The translations under genes and the position numbers were made by a program. Below, piece by piece: positions 8,778 to 19,511 of a DNA stretch of 64,000 nt (within the stretch, counting starts at the first letter, position 1; each line of letters begins with the position of its first letter). The notes under the pieces were generated by a model. It was not told the DNA's origin. It did no database searches and saw only the letters and a list, made by a program, of their open reading frames with translations. The stretch comes from Bacteroidetes bacterium UKL13-3 (lineage in GTDB: Bacteria; Bacteroidota; Bacteroidia; UKL13-3): positions 1,914,223 to 1,978,222 of the forward strand of contig CP012155.1 in NCBI GenBank assembly GCA_001602415.1. The letters are read 5' to 3'.

Positions 8778-11267
8778 ATGAAAAAAATTACAAAAGTCCT
8801 CTTGTATAGCCTGCTTGGGCTAGTTTCTTTATTATTATTCCTCATCGGGTTTGTGTGGCTTCAACAAGATTCCATCAAACAATACGCAATAAAACAGTTA
8901 AACGAACAACTTTCGGCACCGGTTTCAGTGAGTTCAATCGACATTACTTTCATTGAACAATTTCCGAGAGTAAGTTTGCTACTTAACAATGTGGTGATTA
9001 GGGATCCATTGCGCAATAAACGAAACTTGCTTGAAGCTAGACGACTATTTTTCGCATTCAATTTGAATGATATTCTAACAAAAAAATACAATATCAAATT
9101 GATAGAAATAGACAGCGGTCATTGCCACCTTTTTATCAACGAGAAAGGAAAATCCAATTATGCCATCTTCAAGGAAACAACTTCAGGTTCGGATGATATT
9201 TTTCTTTCACTCAATCACATTTCACTGCGCAACTTAAATATCGTGTATGAAAATCCTGAGTCCAAACAATACTATGATATTGATGCACAAAGCCTTCTGT
9301 TATCAGGTAACTTCAGAGGAAAAAAGGAATCCCTCAGCGCAGCTGGAGAGTTATCCGTAAACAAAATAATTGCCGGTATCCAACTTCTCAAGAACAAAAA
9401 TATTACAGTTGATATTGCTTTATCTATTGACGAATCACAATCGTTGTATAGCCTATCAAAAGGCAATATTCGATTAGGAACGCTTGCACTACAATGCAGT
9501 GGAAGCATCGTAAACAAAAAACCAAACACCCGGGTTAATCTTTCTTTTACAGCAGGTAAACTATCCATAACTGATTTACTCGAACTCATCCCAGGAAAAA
9601 TGAGCCAATCGTTTGCAGAATATAAAAGCGAGGGCAAAATTTTTTTTAACGGAAAAATAAACGGAGAGCTATCGGCTAAGAAACAACCTCATATCAACAT
9701 TAACTTTGGTATTGAAAATGGTACACTTACTGCCACCAAACAAAATATTTCTATTACCCATATCAATTGTAAAGGTGAATTTACCAATGGCGATAAGCAA
9801 CAATTACAAACCTCAACACTCAGTATTCCAAATATTCAATTTCAGTTAGGTTCAGGGCAAATGGAGGGTTCATTAAACATGTCAAATTTTGAAAATCTAT
9901 ACCTCAAACTTTCTCTCAAAGGAAACTCTACTCTTACCGATATTATTCGTTTTACCCAGAGTGGCTGGATTGAAAAAGCAGATGGAAATATTTTGTTTGA
10001 AATTGCGATTAACGGCAATCTCAATCAATTAAAAAACAGACAAGGATTTCTTGATTCTGAAACACGAGGGCATATTACCCTGAATGCAAACAATGTAGTT
10101 TTCACCAACGGAAACAAAAAAATAGAACGTATTGAAACTGATTTTAGCTTGGCTGGAAAAGATTTAACCATTAATCATTTTAAAGCTAGCATTGATAAAT
10201 CGGATATTGTAATGAGTGGCACACTCGAAAATATTGTTCCTTATTTACTTTCCGAAAAGCAACCACTTATAGCCAATATTACATACAAGTCGGATTATAT
10301 TAATTTAGAACATCTGGTGATGCCAATTCCTACTCCACCTGCAAGTGCTTCCGGTAGTAATTTTGCATTACCTGAGCTCATTTCTGTTAGAGCCAATATT
10401 GCTATTGCGCAACTTGTATTTCACCAGTTTCAAGCAAATAAAATCAGTGGATCAATTAATTGGAAAGGAAAAAAAATTGAAACTCAAGGTGTTGAACTTG
10501 AGACCATGAAAGGGAAAATTTTACTGAAAGGAATAGTTGAAAATGCTACTGATGGCAACTTCAATGTGCGAACACACATTGACTGTAAACAAACTGATAT
10601 GTATGAACTATTTAGGCAGTGCAACAATTTGGGGCAAACAGCTATTACCGATAAACATATTCGTGGTACGCTAAATGCAACGATTGATATGAGTGGAGAG
10701 TGGAACGCTAAATTGGTTTGTAACCTCAATAAATTGTATGCATCTGGCGATATACACATCACCAACGGGCAATTGTTAAATTACGAACCATTGGATGCAT
10801 TATCAAAATATGTGAGTGTTGACGATTTGAGAAATTTGAAATTTGCTGATCTTAAAAACCGAATTGAAATAAGCAATAGCACCATCCGCATTCCATCGAT
10901 GGATGTGCTTAATAATGCATTAAATCTCAATATTTCAGGCACACATACATTTGATAACTTTATGGATTATCATTTACGCATAAAGCTAAGTGAGTTATTA
11001 TCGAAAAAGCGAAGAACCCAAACGAATGAGTTTAATGAAGAAGAAACCACTGAAGGCATCTTTCTATACCTAAGCATGAAAGGACCAGCCGATAATCTTA
11101 AATTCAGTTACGATAAAAAGGGGGCGAGAGAGCAATTAAAAGAAAACCTAAAAAAGGAAAGTGAAGCCGCCAAAACTATTTGGAAAAAAGAGTTGGGAAT
11201 AGAAAAAGACGAAACCATTAAAGAGAAGAAAACGGACAATAACGAACTTGAATTTGAACAAGAATAA
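8778..11267 (+). CDS. AsmA-like (bridge-like lipid transport) protein
   Basis: N-terminal TM anchor, long beta-rich body, C-terminal 'FADLKNRIEISNSTIRIPSMDV…ISGTHTFDNFMDY' typical of Bacteroidota AsmA-like proteins. Confidence 0.8.
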   Translation: MKKITKVLLYSLLGLVSLLLFLIGFVWLQQDSIKQYAIKQLNEQLSAPVSVSSIDITFIEQFPRVSLLLNNVVIRDPLRNKRNLLEARRLFFAFNLNDILTKKYNIKLIEIDSGHCHLFINEKGKSNYAIFKETTSGSDDIFLSLNHISLRNLNIVYENPESKQYYDIDAQSLLLSGNFRGKKESLSAAGELSVNKIIAGIQLLKNKNITVDIALSIDESQSLYSLSKGNIRLGTLALQCSGSIVNKKPNTRVNLSFTAGKLSITDLLELIPGKMSQSFAEYKSEGKIFFNGKINGELSAKKQPHININFGIENGTLTATKQNISITHINCKGEFTNGDKQQLQTSTLSIPNIQFQLGSGQMEGSLNMSNFENLYLKLSLKGNSTLTDIIRFTQSGWIEKADGNILFEIAINGNLNQLKNRQGFLDSETRGHITLNANNVVFTNGNKKIERIETDFSLAGKDLTINHFKASIDKSDIVMSGTLENIVPYLLSEKQPLIANITYKSDYINLEHLVMPIPTPPASASGSNFALPELISVRANIAIAQLVFHQFQANKISGSINWKGKKIETQGVELETMKGKILLKGIVENATDGNFNVRTHIDCKQTDMYELFRQCNNLGQTAITDKHIRGTLNATIDMSGEWNAKLVCNLNKLYASGDIHITNGQLLNYEPLDALSKYVSVDDLRNLKFADLKNRIEISNSTIRIPSMDVLNNALNLNISGTHTFDNFMDYHLRIKLSELLSKKRRTQTNEFNEEETTEGIFLYLSMKGPADNLKFSYDKKGAREQLKENLKKESEAAKTIWKKELGIEKDETIKEKKTDNNELEFEQE

Positions 11268-11270
11268 ATC

Positions 11271-11789
11271 CTACTCAATAAAAATTTTGTACTTAACATT
11301 ATCAATATTCTTACTCACCACGCTCCGTTGTTTCGCTCTTTTAACCTGACTATTGATGATTGCATAACCACCAACACCAATTCCAGCACCTACAACAGCT
11401 ATGACAGCCCCCAGAGGAGCATAACCAGTTTCTGTAGCAACAGCTAATCCGGCAATGGTATATATAGAGCCAGATAAAATCATGTAAGAGCCTAAAACAA
11501 TGAGCAAAACCCTACCCACACCGTAGGTTCCGCCACCTGATTTGGTTAGTGCAATAATTTGCGGAAGCTGAACAGGAAAGGTATCGTTTAGGGTGAATCC
11601 GTTTTTTTGAAAAGAAGTTATAGTTCCTTTGTATGATGTTGAATCTCCTGTGAGCAAAAAAGATATATCATCCCCTACTTCGTATGATTGGTAGTTACCA
11701 TTGGGAATATCATTTACGATTAACTTTTGACCAAAGCCTGCTAAGCTGGACAAAAGACCTACACAAAATAATCCTATATATTTCATCAA
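11271..11789 (-). CDS. Hypothetical membrane protein
   Basis: Signal peptide plus two C-terminal hydrophobic segments; overlaps the nadE stop by 4 nt, which suggests translational coupling. Confidence 0.75.
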   Translation of the reverse strand: MMKYIGLFCVGLLSSLAGFGQKLIVNDIPNGNYQSYEVGDDISFLLTGDSTSYKGTITSFQKNGFTLNDTFPVQLPQIIALTKSGGGTYGVGRVLLIVLGSYMILSGSIYTIAGLAVATETGYAPLGAVIAVVGAGIGVGGYAIINSQVKRAKQRSVVSKNIDNVKYKIFIE

Positions 11790-13447
11790 CTTAAGTATTT
11801 AGCAACAATTGGCATTCTTCGTCCGGGACCAAATGCTTTTGATGAAATACGTAAAACAGGAGGTGCTTGCAAACGTTTCCACTCGTTCATGTTCACCATA
11901 CGCAACACTCGTTTAACAACGGTTTCATCAAACCCGCTGGCTATAATTTCGTTTGGCCCTTTTCGCTCTTCAATATACAACGATAAAATTTGATCCAACA
12001 AATCATATTCGGGCAATGAATCTGAATCTTTTTGATCAGGTCGTAACTCTGCAGAAGGAGCTTTGGTAATAATATTCTCCGGAATAATTTCAGTATTTCT
12101 GTTGATATACCTGCACAATTCAAATACTTCTGTTTTATACAAATCGCCAATTACTGAAAGTCCTCCGCACATGTCTCCATATAATGTTCCATAACCAACA
12201 GCCATTTCACTTTTGTTCGAAGTATTGAGCAAAATATATCCAAACTTGTTACTTAATGCCATCAAGATAACTCCCCTACTGCGCGATTGCATATTCTCTT
12301 CAGCAATACTAAATGGTAGCCCAGCAAATTGGGTTGATAATGTTTCCTCTAAAGCTGAAAATGTTTTTTCAATCGGAATGATTTCGTATGGTACGTTTAA
12401 ATTTTGTGCAAGTTTTACGGCATCGGAAATGGAATGATCTGTTGAATACCTCGAAGGAAGCAAAACAGCCTTAACATTTTCGTTACCTAACGCTTCTACA
12501 GCAAGTGCAAGCACAAGAGCAGAATCAATGCCACCCGATAAACCTAAAACTGCTTGTTTAAACCCTTGCTTAGTAAAATATTCCTTTATTCCTGTAACCA
12601 AAGCATCGTAAATGCGTTGCATCGTTTGTGGAATATCAATCGTAACGGTTTGTAATGGTTGTATGATGCTTCCAATATCAGTAATTGTTAACCGATAATT
12701 TTTACGAGCTTCTTTGAAATAACCCAACGTATCAACAATTTCACCATCAGCATCAACAACCATTGAACCACCATCAAAAATCAATTGCGTTTGAGCTCCA
12801 ATATTGTTGGTGTAAAATAGCGGCATTGCATATTTTTGGGCATTATCAATCATTACCTGCTGACGTATTTCCAATTGTTTTTTTGAGAACGGTGATGCTG
12901 CAATATTAATCATCACATCCGGTTGTAACTTATACAGTTCATCCATTGGATTAATAATGTACATTGGATTATCATTTATATTCCACAAATCCTCGCAAAC
13001 TGTTAACGCTATTTTCAAGCCTTTAACCACTACCAAGTCAAATACTCTGTAAGGTTCAAAATAGCGATATTCATCAAAAATATCATAATTTGGAAGCAGC
13101 GTTTTATGCCTTAAAGACTTCACTTTCCCATCCTCGAGTAAGTAAGCAGAGTTGTATAAATCTTTACCTTCAATTACCGGATTTACTGTTGGAGAGCCTA
13201 CTATTGCTGCAATTCCGTTACAAGCAGTAGCAATTTGTTGCACACTATTCTCACAGCGTTCAATAAAATCGTGAAACTCTAAAAAATCTCGTGGCGGATA
13301 ACCACACACACACAATTCGGAAAAAACAATTAAGTCAACTCCATCAGCCTTTGCTGCATAAATATGCTCGATGATTTTAGCTGTATTGTATTCAAAATTA
13401 CCAGTATGGTAATTTAATTGAGCCAATGCTATTGTTAATGATGTCAA
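11786..13447 (-). CDS. nadE: Glutamine-dependent NAD+ synthetase
   Basis: Nitrilase-like N-domain (FSELCVCGYPP, LLPNYDIFDEYRYF, VCEDLW) plus synthetase domain (LGLSGGIDSA, NKSEMAVGYGTLYGD, PSAEL). Confidence 0.97.
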   Translation of the reverse strand: MTSLTIALAQLNYHTGNFEYNTAKIIEHIYAAKADGVDLIVFSELCVCGYPPRDFLEFHDFIERCENSVQQIATACNGIAAIVGSPTVNPVIEGKDLYNSAYLLEDGKVKSLRHKTLLPNYDIFDEYRYFEPYRVFDLVVVKGLKIALTVCEDLWNINDNPMYIINPMDELYKLQPDVMINIAASPFSKKQLEIRQQVMIDNAQKYAMPLFYTNNIGAQTQLIFDGGSMVVDADGEIVDTLGYFKEARKNYRLTITDIGSIIQPLQTVTIDIPQTMQRIYDALVTGIKEYFTKQGFKQAVLGLSGGIDSALVLALAVEALGNENVKAVLLPSRYSTDHSISDAVKLAQNLNVPYEIIPIEKTFSALEETLSTQFAGLPFSIAEENMQSRSRGVILMALSNKFGYILLNTSNKSEMAVGYGTLYGDMCGGLSVIGDLYKTEVFELCRYINRNTEIIPENIITKAPSAELRPDQKDSDSLPEYDLLDQILSLYIEERKGPNEIIASGFDETVVKRVLRMVNMNEWKRLQAPPVLRISSKAFGPGRRMPIVAKYLS

Positions 13448-13459
13448 ACTAATTTCAGA

Positions 13460-14182
13460 TTAAAACAATACTCCAATATTCAAAGCTACATTGCTTAATG
13501 ATGTACTCCAACGATCGTCTTTGGCAAAACTAGTAAACCCATTATCGTAGCGCAATCCTGCAATAAACATGCTATTGCCAAAAATATTGTATTGAATACC
13601 GACACCAATAATAAGGGAGCCACGATAAGCACTTACTTTATCGCTATATTCTTGGGTATTGATATAAAACTTATCTTCTTCATCAGGCTCATTAATATTT
13701 ACATTTGAGAGTTGTAATTTATCCATACTCACATCCGCTTTGGAACGAATTAAAAAACCCGAAGCATAGCCGAATTCTGCATAATAACGCATGTTGCCAA
13801 TTTCTTTCGTTCTCATTTTTAAAATCAAAGGAATAGTTACGTAACGTAGTTGATAATCATATTTTAAATCATCAACATTTGTAACGCTTTGCGAAATATT
13901 ATTATCCGTATACGTAATGGAAGTATACCTACTCTTATTCAAGTTTAAATTTGTACCAAAGGATTGAATAGAGAACTCCGTTCCCAATGCATAGTTTTCA
14001 GTGAAGAAATAATCTAACATTAAACCATAGGAAGCATTTATGCGCGTTCCGTTGGTCGATGTGTTTTTGTTATCTGATGTACTCCATGTCATTTGAGGAG
14101 CAACTCGCACACCAATTTTAACTTGTGCTTTAGCCGAAACAACTAAACTTATTGCAAGGGATACAAAAATTAGCTTCTTCAT
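13460..14182 (-). CDS. PorT-like outer-membrane beta-barrel protein
   Basis: Start moved to MKKLIF (14182); signal peptide; YVTIPLILK strand; C-terminal aromatic residue (GVLF). Confidence 0.75.
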   Translation of the reverse strand: MKKLIFVSLAISLVVSAKAQVKIGVRVAPQMTWSTSDNKNTSTNGTRINASYGLMLDYFFTENYALGTEFSIQSFGTNLNLNKSRYTSITYTDNNISQSVTNVDDLKYDYQLRYVTIPLILKMRTKEIGNMRYYAEFGYASGFLIRSKADVSMDKLQLSNVNINEPDEEDKFYINTQEYSDKVSAYRGSLIIGVGIQYNIFGNSMFIAGLRYDNGFTSFAKDDRWSTSLSNVALNIGVLF

Positions 14183-14185
14183 TGT

Positions 14186-14193
14186 TACTTTTG
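14186..14193 (+). promoter_or_regulatory. -7 element TACTTTTG, 5 nt before the gldB ATG
   Basis: Exact consensus match. Confidence 0.55.
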
Positions 14194-14198
14194 CTTTT

Positions 14199-15254
14199 AT
14201 GATGATAGTCAAAAATACGGCAACAACTTTAATCAATATTCTCTTATTGTTCACATTCAGTATTCTTTTGAGCTGCAATGGTTGCCAAAATAAGACACAA
14301 AAAGAACTTAAAGCAGAGCAAACAATTAGTGTGAAACTAAAAAGATTTGATCGCGAACTATTTGCCATAAACCCTGTAAATATCGAACAAGGTGTGCTCA
14401 ACCTCTACAAACAGTATGGCGCATTTTACCAATCATACGCTCACGATGTATTAAACATGCCCGAAGATCCAAACGACACCCTTTTTATTAAACCCATGAA
14501 GCTATTGCTTTCTTACAAACCATTAGTTGAATTGGAACAAACAGTAGATTCGATGTATAAGGATTTAACAGGGGTGGAAAAAGACCTTAGCCATGCCATG
14601 TCGGTTTACAAGCAGGAGTTTCCTGCAGCCAATATTCCATCGTTTGTTACGTTTATTTCGGAGTTTGGATATGCAAACATCACTTACGATAGCAGTATTT
14701 GTATAGGATTAGATATGTATATGAATAAACGTTATGCTGAATATTATCGAGCTTATGAATTTCCGGAGTTTATGATTCGAAAATTACAACCAGAATATAT
14801 TGCTCCTAATGCAATAAAAGCTCTTGCAATAAGTAAATACGAAAGCCAAAGCACCAAGGATAAGCGCTTTTTGGCAACCATGATTGTAGAAGGAAAAGTA
14901 CGCTATTTTACCAAAGCCCTTTTGCCAAATTTACATGACAGCATTTTGATGGGTTACACGGTAACACAACTCAAATGGAGTAGCGAAAATGAGCCGCAAA
15001 TGTGGACACATTTCATTGAGAAAAAATTGTTGTACAAAAACGAACCTTCGCAGTTTATGCGTTATTTTAATGATGGTCCATTTACGTCAGCTGATGGTGT
15101 TCCTCCCGATTCGGCACCAATGATTGGAACATGGGCCGGATTACAAATTGTAAGAAGTTACATGCGCGAAAATCCAAATGTTACACTGAAGGAACTAATG
15201 GAAGAAACCAATTTTGATAAAATACTTAAGTTGAGTAAATATAGACCCAAGTAG
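14199..15254 (+). CDS. gldB: Gliding motility lipoprotein GldB
   Basis: Lipobox LLSC; RFDRELF, IGLDMY, MIVEGK, W.HFIEKKLLY, GPFT…SAPMIGTWAGLQIVRSYM. Confidence 0.85.
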   Translation: MMIVKNTATTLINILLLFTFSILLSCNGCQNKTQKELKAEQTISVKLKRFDRELFAINPVNIEQGVLNLYKQYGAFYQSYAHDVLNMPEDPNDTLFIKPMKLLLSYKPLVELEQTVDSMYKDLTGVEKDLSHAMSVYKQEFPAANIPSFVTFISEFGYANITYDSSICIGLDMYMNKRYAEYYRAYEFPEFMIRKLQPEYIAPNAIKALAISKYESQSTKDKRFLATMIVEGKVRYFTKALLPNLHDSILMGYTVTQLKWSSENEPQMWTHFIEKKLLYKNEPSQFMRYFNDGPFTSADGVPPDSAPMIGTWAGLQIVRSYMRENPNVTLKELMEETNFDKILKLSKYRPK

Positions 15255-15277
15255 AAATTGGGAATTTTAGAATTGAG

Positions 15278-15295
15278 TCCCGACAGCTATCGGGA
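15278..15295. repeat. REP-like palindrome TCCCGACAGCTATCGGGA (one mismatch)
   Basis: Read directly, just after the gldB stop; flanks TTGAG…GAGAATTTA are shared with the other copies. Confidence 0.85.
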
Positions 15296-15312
15296 GAGAA
15301 TTTATAATGGGT

Positions 15313-16485
15313 TTAAGCCGCTCTTTGCACTCGTTCCCATTTGGCGGATTGACCTCCGGTAATAAACTTAAAGAAGCCTAGATACATGCACCAATTGGTC
15401 ATAAAAAAGTAGTAGGGAATAAATACGAGTTTAATATGTACTTTTTTATTCTCGAAGTACCAGCCTAAAAAGGTAAATACATAAAAAACACCTTGAGCAA
15501 GCATTATCCAACTATAAACTCCTTGCTGCGATACTGAAAGGTAATAATTGGTTGGAAGGAGTATGATAAGGGCCAATGGAGCTAATGTCCACCTAAAAAC
15601 TTTATGCGAAATAAATGAAAAAGCTATGGCTAAATTATGGAAAGGATTAAAAGCTTTTCCCAAACGCGTCATAGCTTGCCAGGCACCTGCACTGATTCGG
15701 ACTTTGCGTTTAAGTTCCTCTTTTACTGTTGCCGAAGCTGTTTCCTCAGCAAACGCTTTAGGCTCGTATACAACCCTGAATCCGCGTAACGTAATACGCA
15801 TAGATTGCACAAAATCATCTAAAATAGTATCCTCTTCCAATGGAGTGAACAACTCTGAGCGGAATGATATCAATTCTCCTGCTCCACCTACAACCGAATG
15901 CAATTGTGAATCCAACATTTTCAGGTGCGATTCATATTTCCAATAAAAACCCTCACCTGCAGCAGGAGCCGAATCTTGCTCTTTGCTTACAATCCTTTTT
16001 TCACCAGCAACGGCACCCACTTTTGCATCGCTATAGTGCTTTACAATTTCACGAATAGCTTCTTTATTTAACCGAGTGTTCGCATCCGAAAAAATAACGA
16101 AAGGTGTTTTTACGAATTTCATGGCCCGGTTTTCGGCAACCGATTTGCCCGATCGCATATTTTCATGCAAAACTGTTATGCCAGATGTGTTACTTAAAAT
16201 ATTGTTGGAACCATCATCCGATCCATCGGTAATAAAAATAATTTGTAATTTAGAGGCAGGATAATAAAGTTCAAAGCAGTTCCGTAGTTTACGTTCTAGC
16301 ACTGCCGCCTCGTTAAAGCAAGGCACCACCAGCGAAACTTCCGGTTCAAATTCTCTATTATATACTTCCTTATGAACAAATACCTGCTTTATCTTTACCA
16401 GTATCCACACCACCAATGCATATCCCACAAACGTGTAAAAGATGATTAACAAGCAAAGCCAAAATACTGCTTCAACAAAATTCAT
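15313..16485 (-). CDS. Glycosyltransferase family 2 (processive, PgaC/cellulose-synthase-like)
   Basis: VVPCFNE, DGSDD, GKS.AEN, FSDAN, DD, RKVRISAGAWQ (QxxRW-like region), TM helices at both ends. Confidence 0.9.
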   Translation of the reverse strand: MNFVEAVFWLCLLIIFYTFVGYALVVWILVKIKQVFVHKEVYNREFEPEVSLVVPCFNEAAVLERKLRNCFELYYPASKLQIIFITDGSDDGSNNILSNTSGITVLHENMRSGKSVAENRAMKFVKTPFVIFSDANTRLNKEAIREIVKHYSDAKVGAVAGEKRIVSKEQDSAPAAGEGFYWKYESHLKMLDSQLHSVVGGAGELISFRSELFTPLEEDTILDDFVQSMRITLRGFRVVYEPKAFAEETASATVKEELKRKVRISAGAWQAMTRLGKAFNPFHNLAIAFSFISHKVFRWTLAPLALIILLPTNYYLSVSQQGVYSWIMLAQGVFYVFTFLGWYFENKKVHIKLVFIPYYFFMTNWCMYLGFFKFITGGQSAKWERVQRAA

Positions 16486-16599
16486 CTGTTTTCAAACCTA
16501 AAAGAAAAACTGAAACATGCAAAACATAGATAACAACATTTTGTAGGAGGCAACAAAGGTTGTATCATCTAATACATTATATATATTCAATCAACATGC

Positions 16600-16630
16600 A
16601 AAAAAGCTACATTAACCATTGATAATGTAG
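16600..16630 (-). terminator. Terminator-like hairpin downstream of the sORF
   Basis: CTACATTA/TAATGTAG 8-bp stem, 8-nt loop, T-run on the minus strand. Confidence 0.6.
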
Positions 16631-16733
16631 TATTTAATTAAAGAATTAACCTCAAGTATTACGCGAGAAAATTCGAATAGCAGAAGATCGTAAATAATGT
16701 AATTTATTCATTTTCGGCCTCAGCCTTGCGTTT

Positions 16734-16808
16734 TTAGCGCACACTTGTTATGTATGCAATCGCAAATACAATAATGATTCCCCCCACCCCAATAGCTAAA
16801 TCTAACAT
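16734..16808 (-). CDS. Unannotated 24-aa single-TM small protein MLDLAIGVGGIIIVFAIAYITSVR
   Basis: Translated by hand; AGGAGG lies 7 nt upstream of the ATG; fully hydrophobic core; downstream terminator-like hairpin. Confidence 0.6.
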   Translation of the reverse strand: MLDLAIGVGGIIIVFAIAYITSVR

Positions 16809-16984
16809 AATAAAACCTCCTATTTTTTAACGTTTTGTTTCAAGTAGACCAAATTAAGTAAAGATTAGATGCATCAAAATCAACAAATTATCAACTTATA
16901 TGGGCAGGCTGAATAAAGTATAAGCAAACGAAAGATTGATTTTCGGCAAATACTTGTATGCTTGCGGTGTTATTTTTTCATAAA

Positions 16985-17416
16985 ATGGCTAGAATAAAAC
17001 TGGAACTGCCCGAAAACTTCTCCTTCAAAACACAATTAACAGTTCGTGTAACCGACTTAAATTATGGTAACCACATGAGTAATGATGTTTACTTGAGTTA
17101 TATGCACGAAGCCCGTATGCAGTATTTAGCAAGTTTAGGATTTAGCGAACTCAATTTAGCCGGAGCAAGTGTAATTATGGGCGATACTGCAATTGTTTTT
17201 AAAAAAGAATGTTTTTACGGAGATGAACTTACCGTTGAAGTAGCTGCTGCCGAATTTGGCACCAGAAGTTTTGATTTGTATTATCGTTTTTCAAAAACTC
17301 TAACACAAGAGTTAGTGTGCGAGGCTAAAACAGGAATGGTTTGTTTTGATTATACCGAACGAAAAACTGTTGCCGTACCTGCCAAATTTATGAAGTTAGC
17401 TAATAGCAGCAGGTAA
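16985..17416 (+). CDS. Hotdog-fold acyl-CoA thioesterase (YbgC/4HBT-like)
   Basis: VRVTDLNYGNHMSNDVY…EAR; AKTGMVCFDY. Start moved to MARIKL. Confidence 0.9.
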   Translation: MARIKLELPENFSFKTQLTVRVTDLNYGNHMSNDVYLSYMHEARMQYLASLGFSELNLAGASVIMGDTAIVFKKECFYGDELTVEVAAAEFGTRSFDLYYRFSKTLTQELVCEAKTGMVCFDYTERKTVAVPAKFMKLANSSR

Positions 17417-19353
17417 AAACACACAAACCTTTGTGCCTTTTCCTTCGGTGCTTTCAATGGTAATTGAGCCCCCATTTTGCTCGGCATATTCTTTACACAA
17501 CATTAAACCCAAACCGGTTCCTTTTTCATTTTGTGTACCATAGGTAGAATAATGTTGTTGGGGATTAAACAACTCAGCAATCCTATCTGGATGAATACCT
17601 ATTCCATCATCTGCAATACAGATTTTTACCATGTTGGGAGATGGTCGTGTGGCTGATAAAATAATGGAGCCGCCAATATTGGTAAACTTTAATGAGTTAC
17701 TAATTGTATTGCGCAAAATTAAGCTTAGATGCGCTGGATCAACCTTAACCTTAAATGGCTCGGTAAGCGTGTGCATGAGTGTAATTTCTTTTGCAGAGCA
17801 ACCAAACTATACAACGAAATACTTCGATCAATCTCCTCATTTAAATTAATGGTTTCGGGCTTTGTTTGAATCCCATTAATTTGCGATTGCGACCAAACCA
17901 ACATATTATCAATAGTGAGGTTAAGGTTATCTACGTTGCGCTTAATTCCTTTAAAGTAACCACGTAATTCTAACACCGTTTTGTCATCAGCATCCTCTGC
18001 GAGCGACAATACGCTGCTCAGCGAAGCAATGGCTGCTCGCAAATCGTGCGAAATAATCGAAAATATTTTGTCTTTTATGTTGTTGTACCCTTGTAACTCT
18101 GCTGTTCGATTTTCAATAATCGCTTCCTGGTTTTTATTTACGCGTTGCAGTTCACCTGATAAATCTTCTACTTCTTTAAATGCATTGTTATATTTTTTTG
18201 CCAAAACAATAGCTTGTACAAACACATAAATAAAAATTGCAATAGGCATTGCATAAAAAGTATTGATGTAACTTAACGAATACAAAATATCATTCAACCC
18301 AAAGGCAAACACGAAAAAATAACCAACACTTGCTAACTGGGCTAAAGGGTGCGTTCTTAGAATCATTGACTTTACGACCACCATCAATAATAATACCATT
18401 TCGAGTAAAGCATAATAGGTAAATGCCGGAACAATTTTAGAGCCCCAATAAACATTTGTGAACAAGAAATAGCATGAAATTACAATGGTAATTCCGTTAA
18501 AAATGTGGAGTATTTTTCTGTACCGCTTTTCGTTTAATAAACTAAATAAATACAATGCCCCAAACATAGGAATGAGGGTAATGGAAATAAGCTCTAACTT
18601 AAACAACCATGTCCACGAAATAGGTAAATCAAATTGACGAATGAGTATTTGTTGAGTGCTCACTACACGCAATGCAGCTGTTAAACACAGCAACGAGAAG
18701 TACAATGCCGTTGGGTCAATTCTTCGTATAACATAGTACCCCATGAAATAAAAAAACATGAGCAATAACGAACCTGTAATAAATACTTCAGTTATAAGAT
18801 GACGATGAAAATCCAATGCTATTGACTGAACTTCCGCTAATTCAAGCGAATAATTTAGCCCTACTTATCGGTAATAAAAATTAGAAACTTCAAAAGCAAT
18901 TTCCAACGTATCAGTATCAGGTAAAAAGCTAATCATTGTGGGATTGTAATCTGCTAAACTATTTTGTTGAGTAGTGCCAAACAAACCGCCAGTGGTAAGT
19001 AATTTCCCGTTTATATACAAGTTGAAAGCATTACAAATAGGCGAAATCTTTAACCCCAGTTTCTTTGAAGGATCAATACCAATAACTTTCATTGTGTACA
19101 ATCCGTATCCGAACTCTGGATAATTCAACCAACCCCATTCTCCGGGCACATTAATAAACTCGGCATGAAGCGAATCTTTATTTTGTTGATAATCCTTAAA
19201 CGTTTTATTCCAATAAAAATTCCATTTACCATCAAGGCTCGTAACTTTTTTCAATCCATCTTAACCTACATGAAACACGCCATTTTCAACGGGCATAGCT
19301 CCCCCCAATAACGCATTCATCAACAAAAGGATAAAAAGGAATTTTTTCATCAT
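17396..19353 (-). pseudogene. Disrupted 7TM sensor histidine kinase (7TM-DISM-like; about 652 codons if repaired)
   Basis: One reading frame runs from ATG 19353 (signal peptide) through in-frame TAA at 19263-19261 and 18867-18865. A 1-nt loss in the A-run near 17790 then shifts into the HATPase part. H-box SHDLR, N-box RNTISNSLKFT, DDGIGI and GTGLGL are intact. Confidence 0.88.
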
Positions 19354-19511
19354 AGAATTTCGACTGCAATATTTATGTATTTATACCGTAAAAACCAACA
19401 TTCACATAAAGATGTAATAATAAGTTGTCACCAATGGTGCATAAATAATACCAATAGATCGCCATACAAGTTATATTTTTATGCGACTTAAAAGGATAAC
19501 GACAAAGTAAT

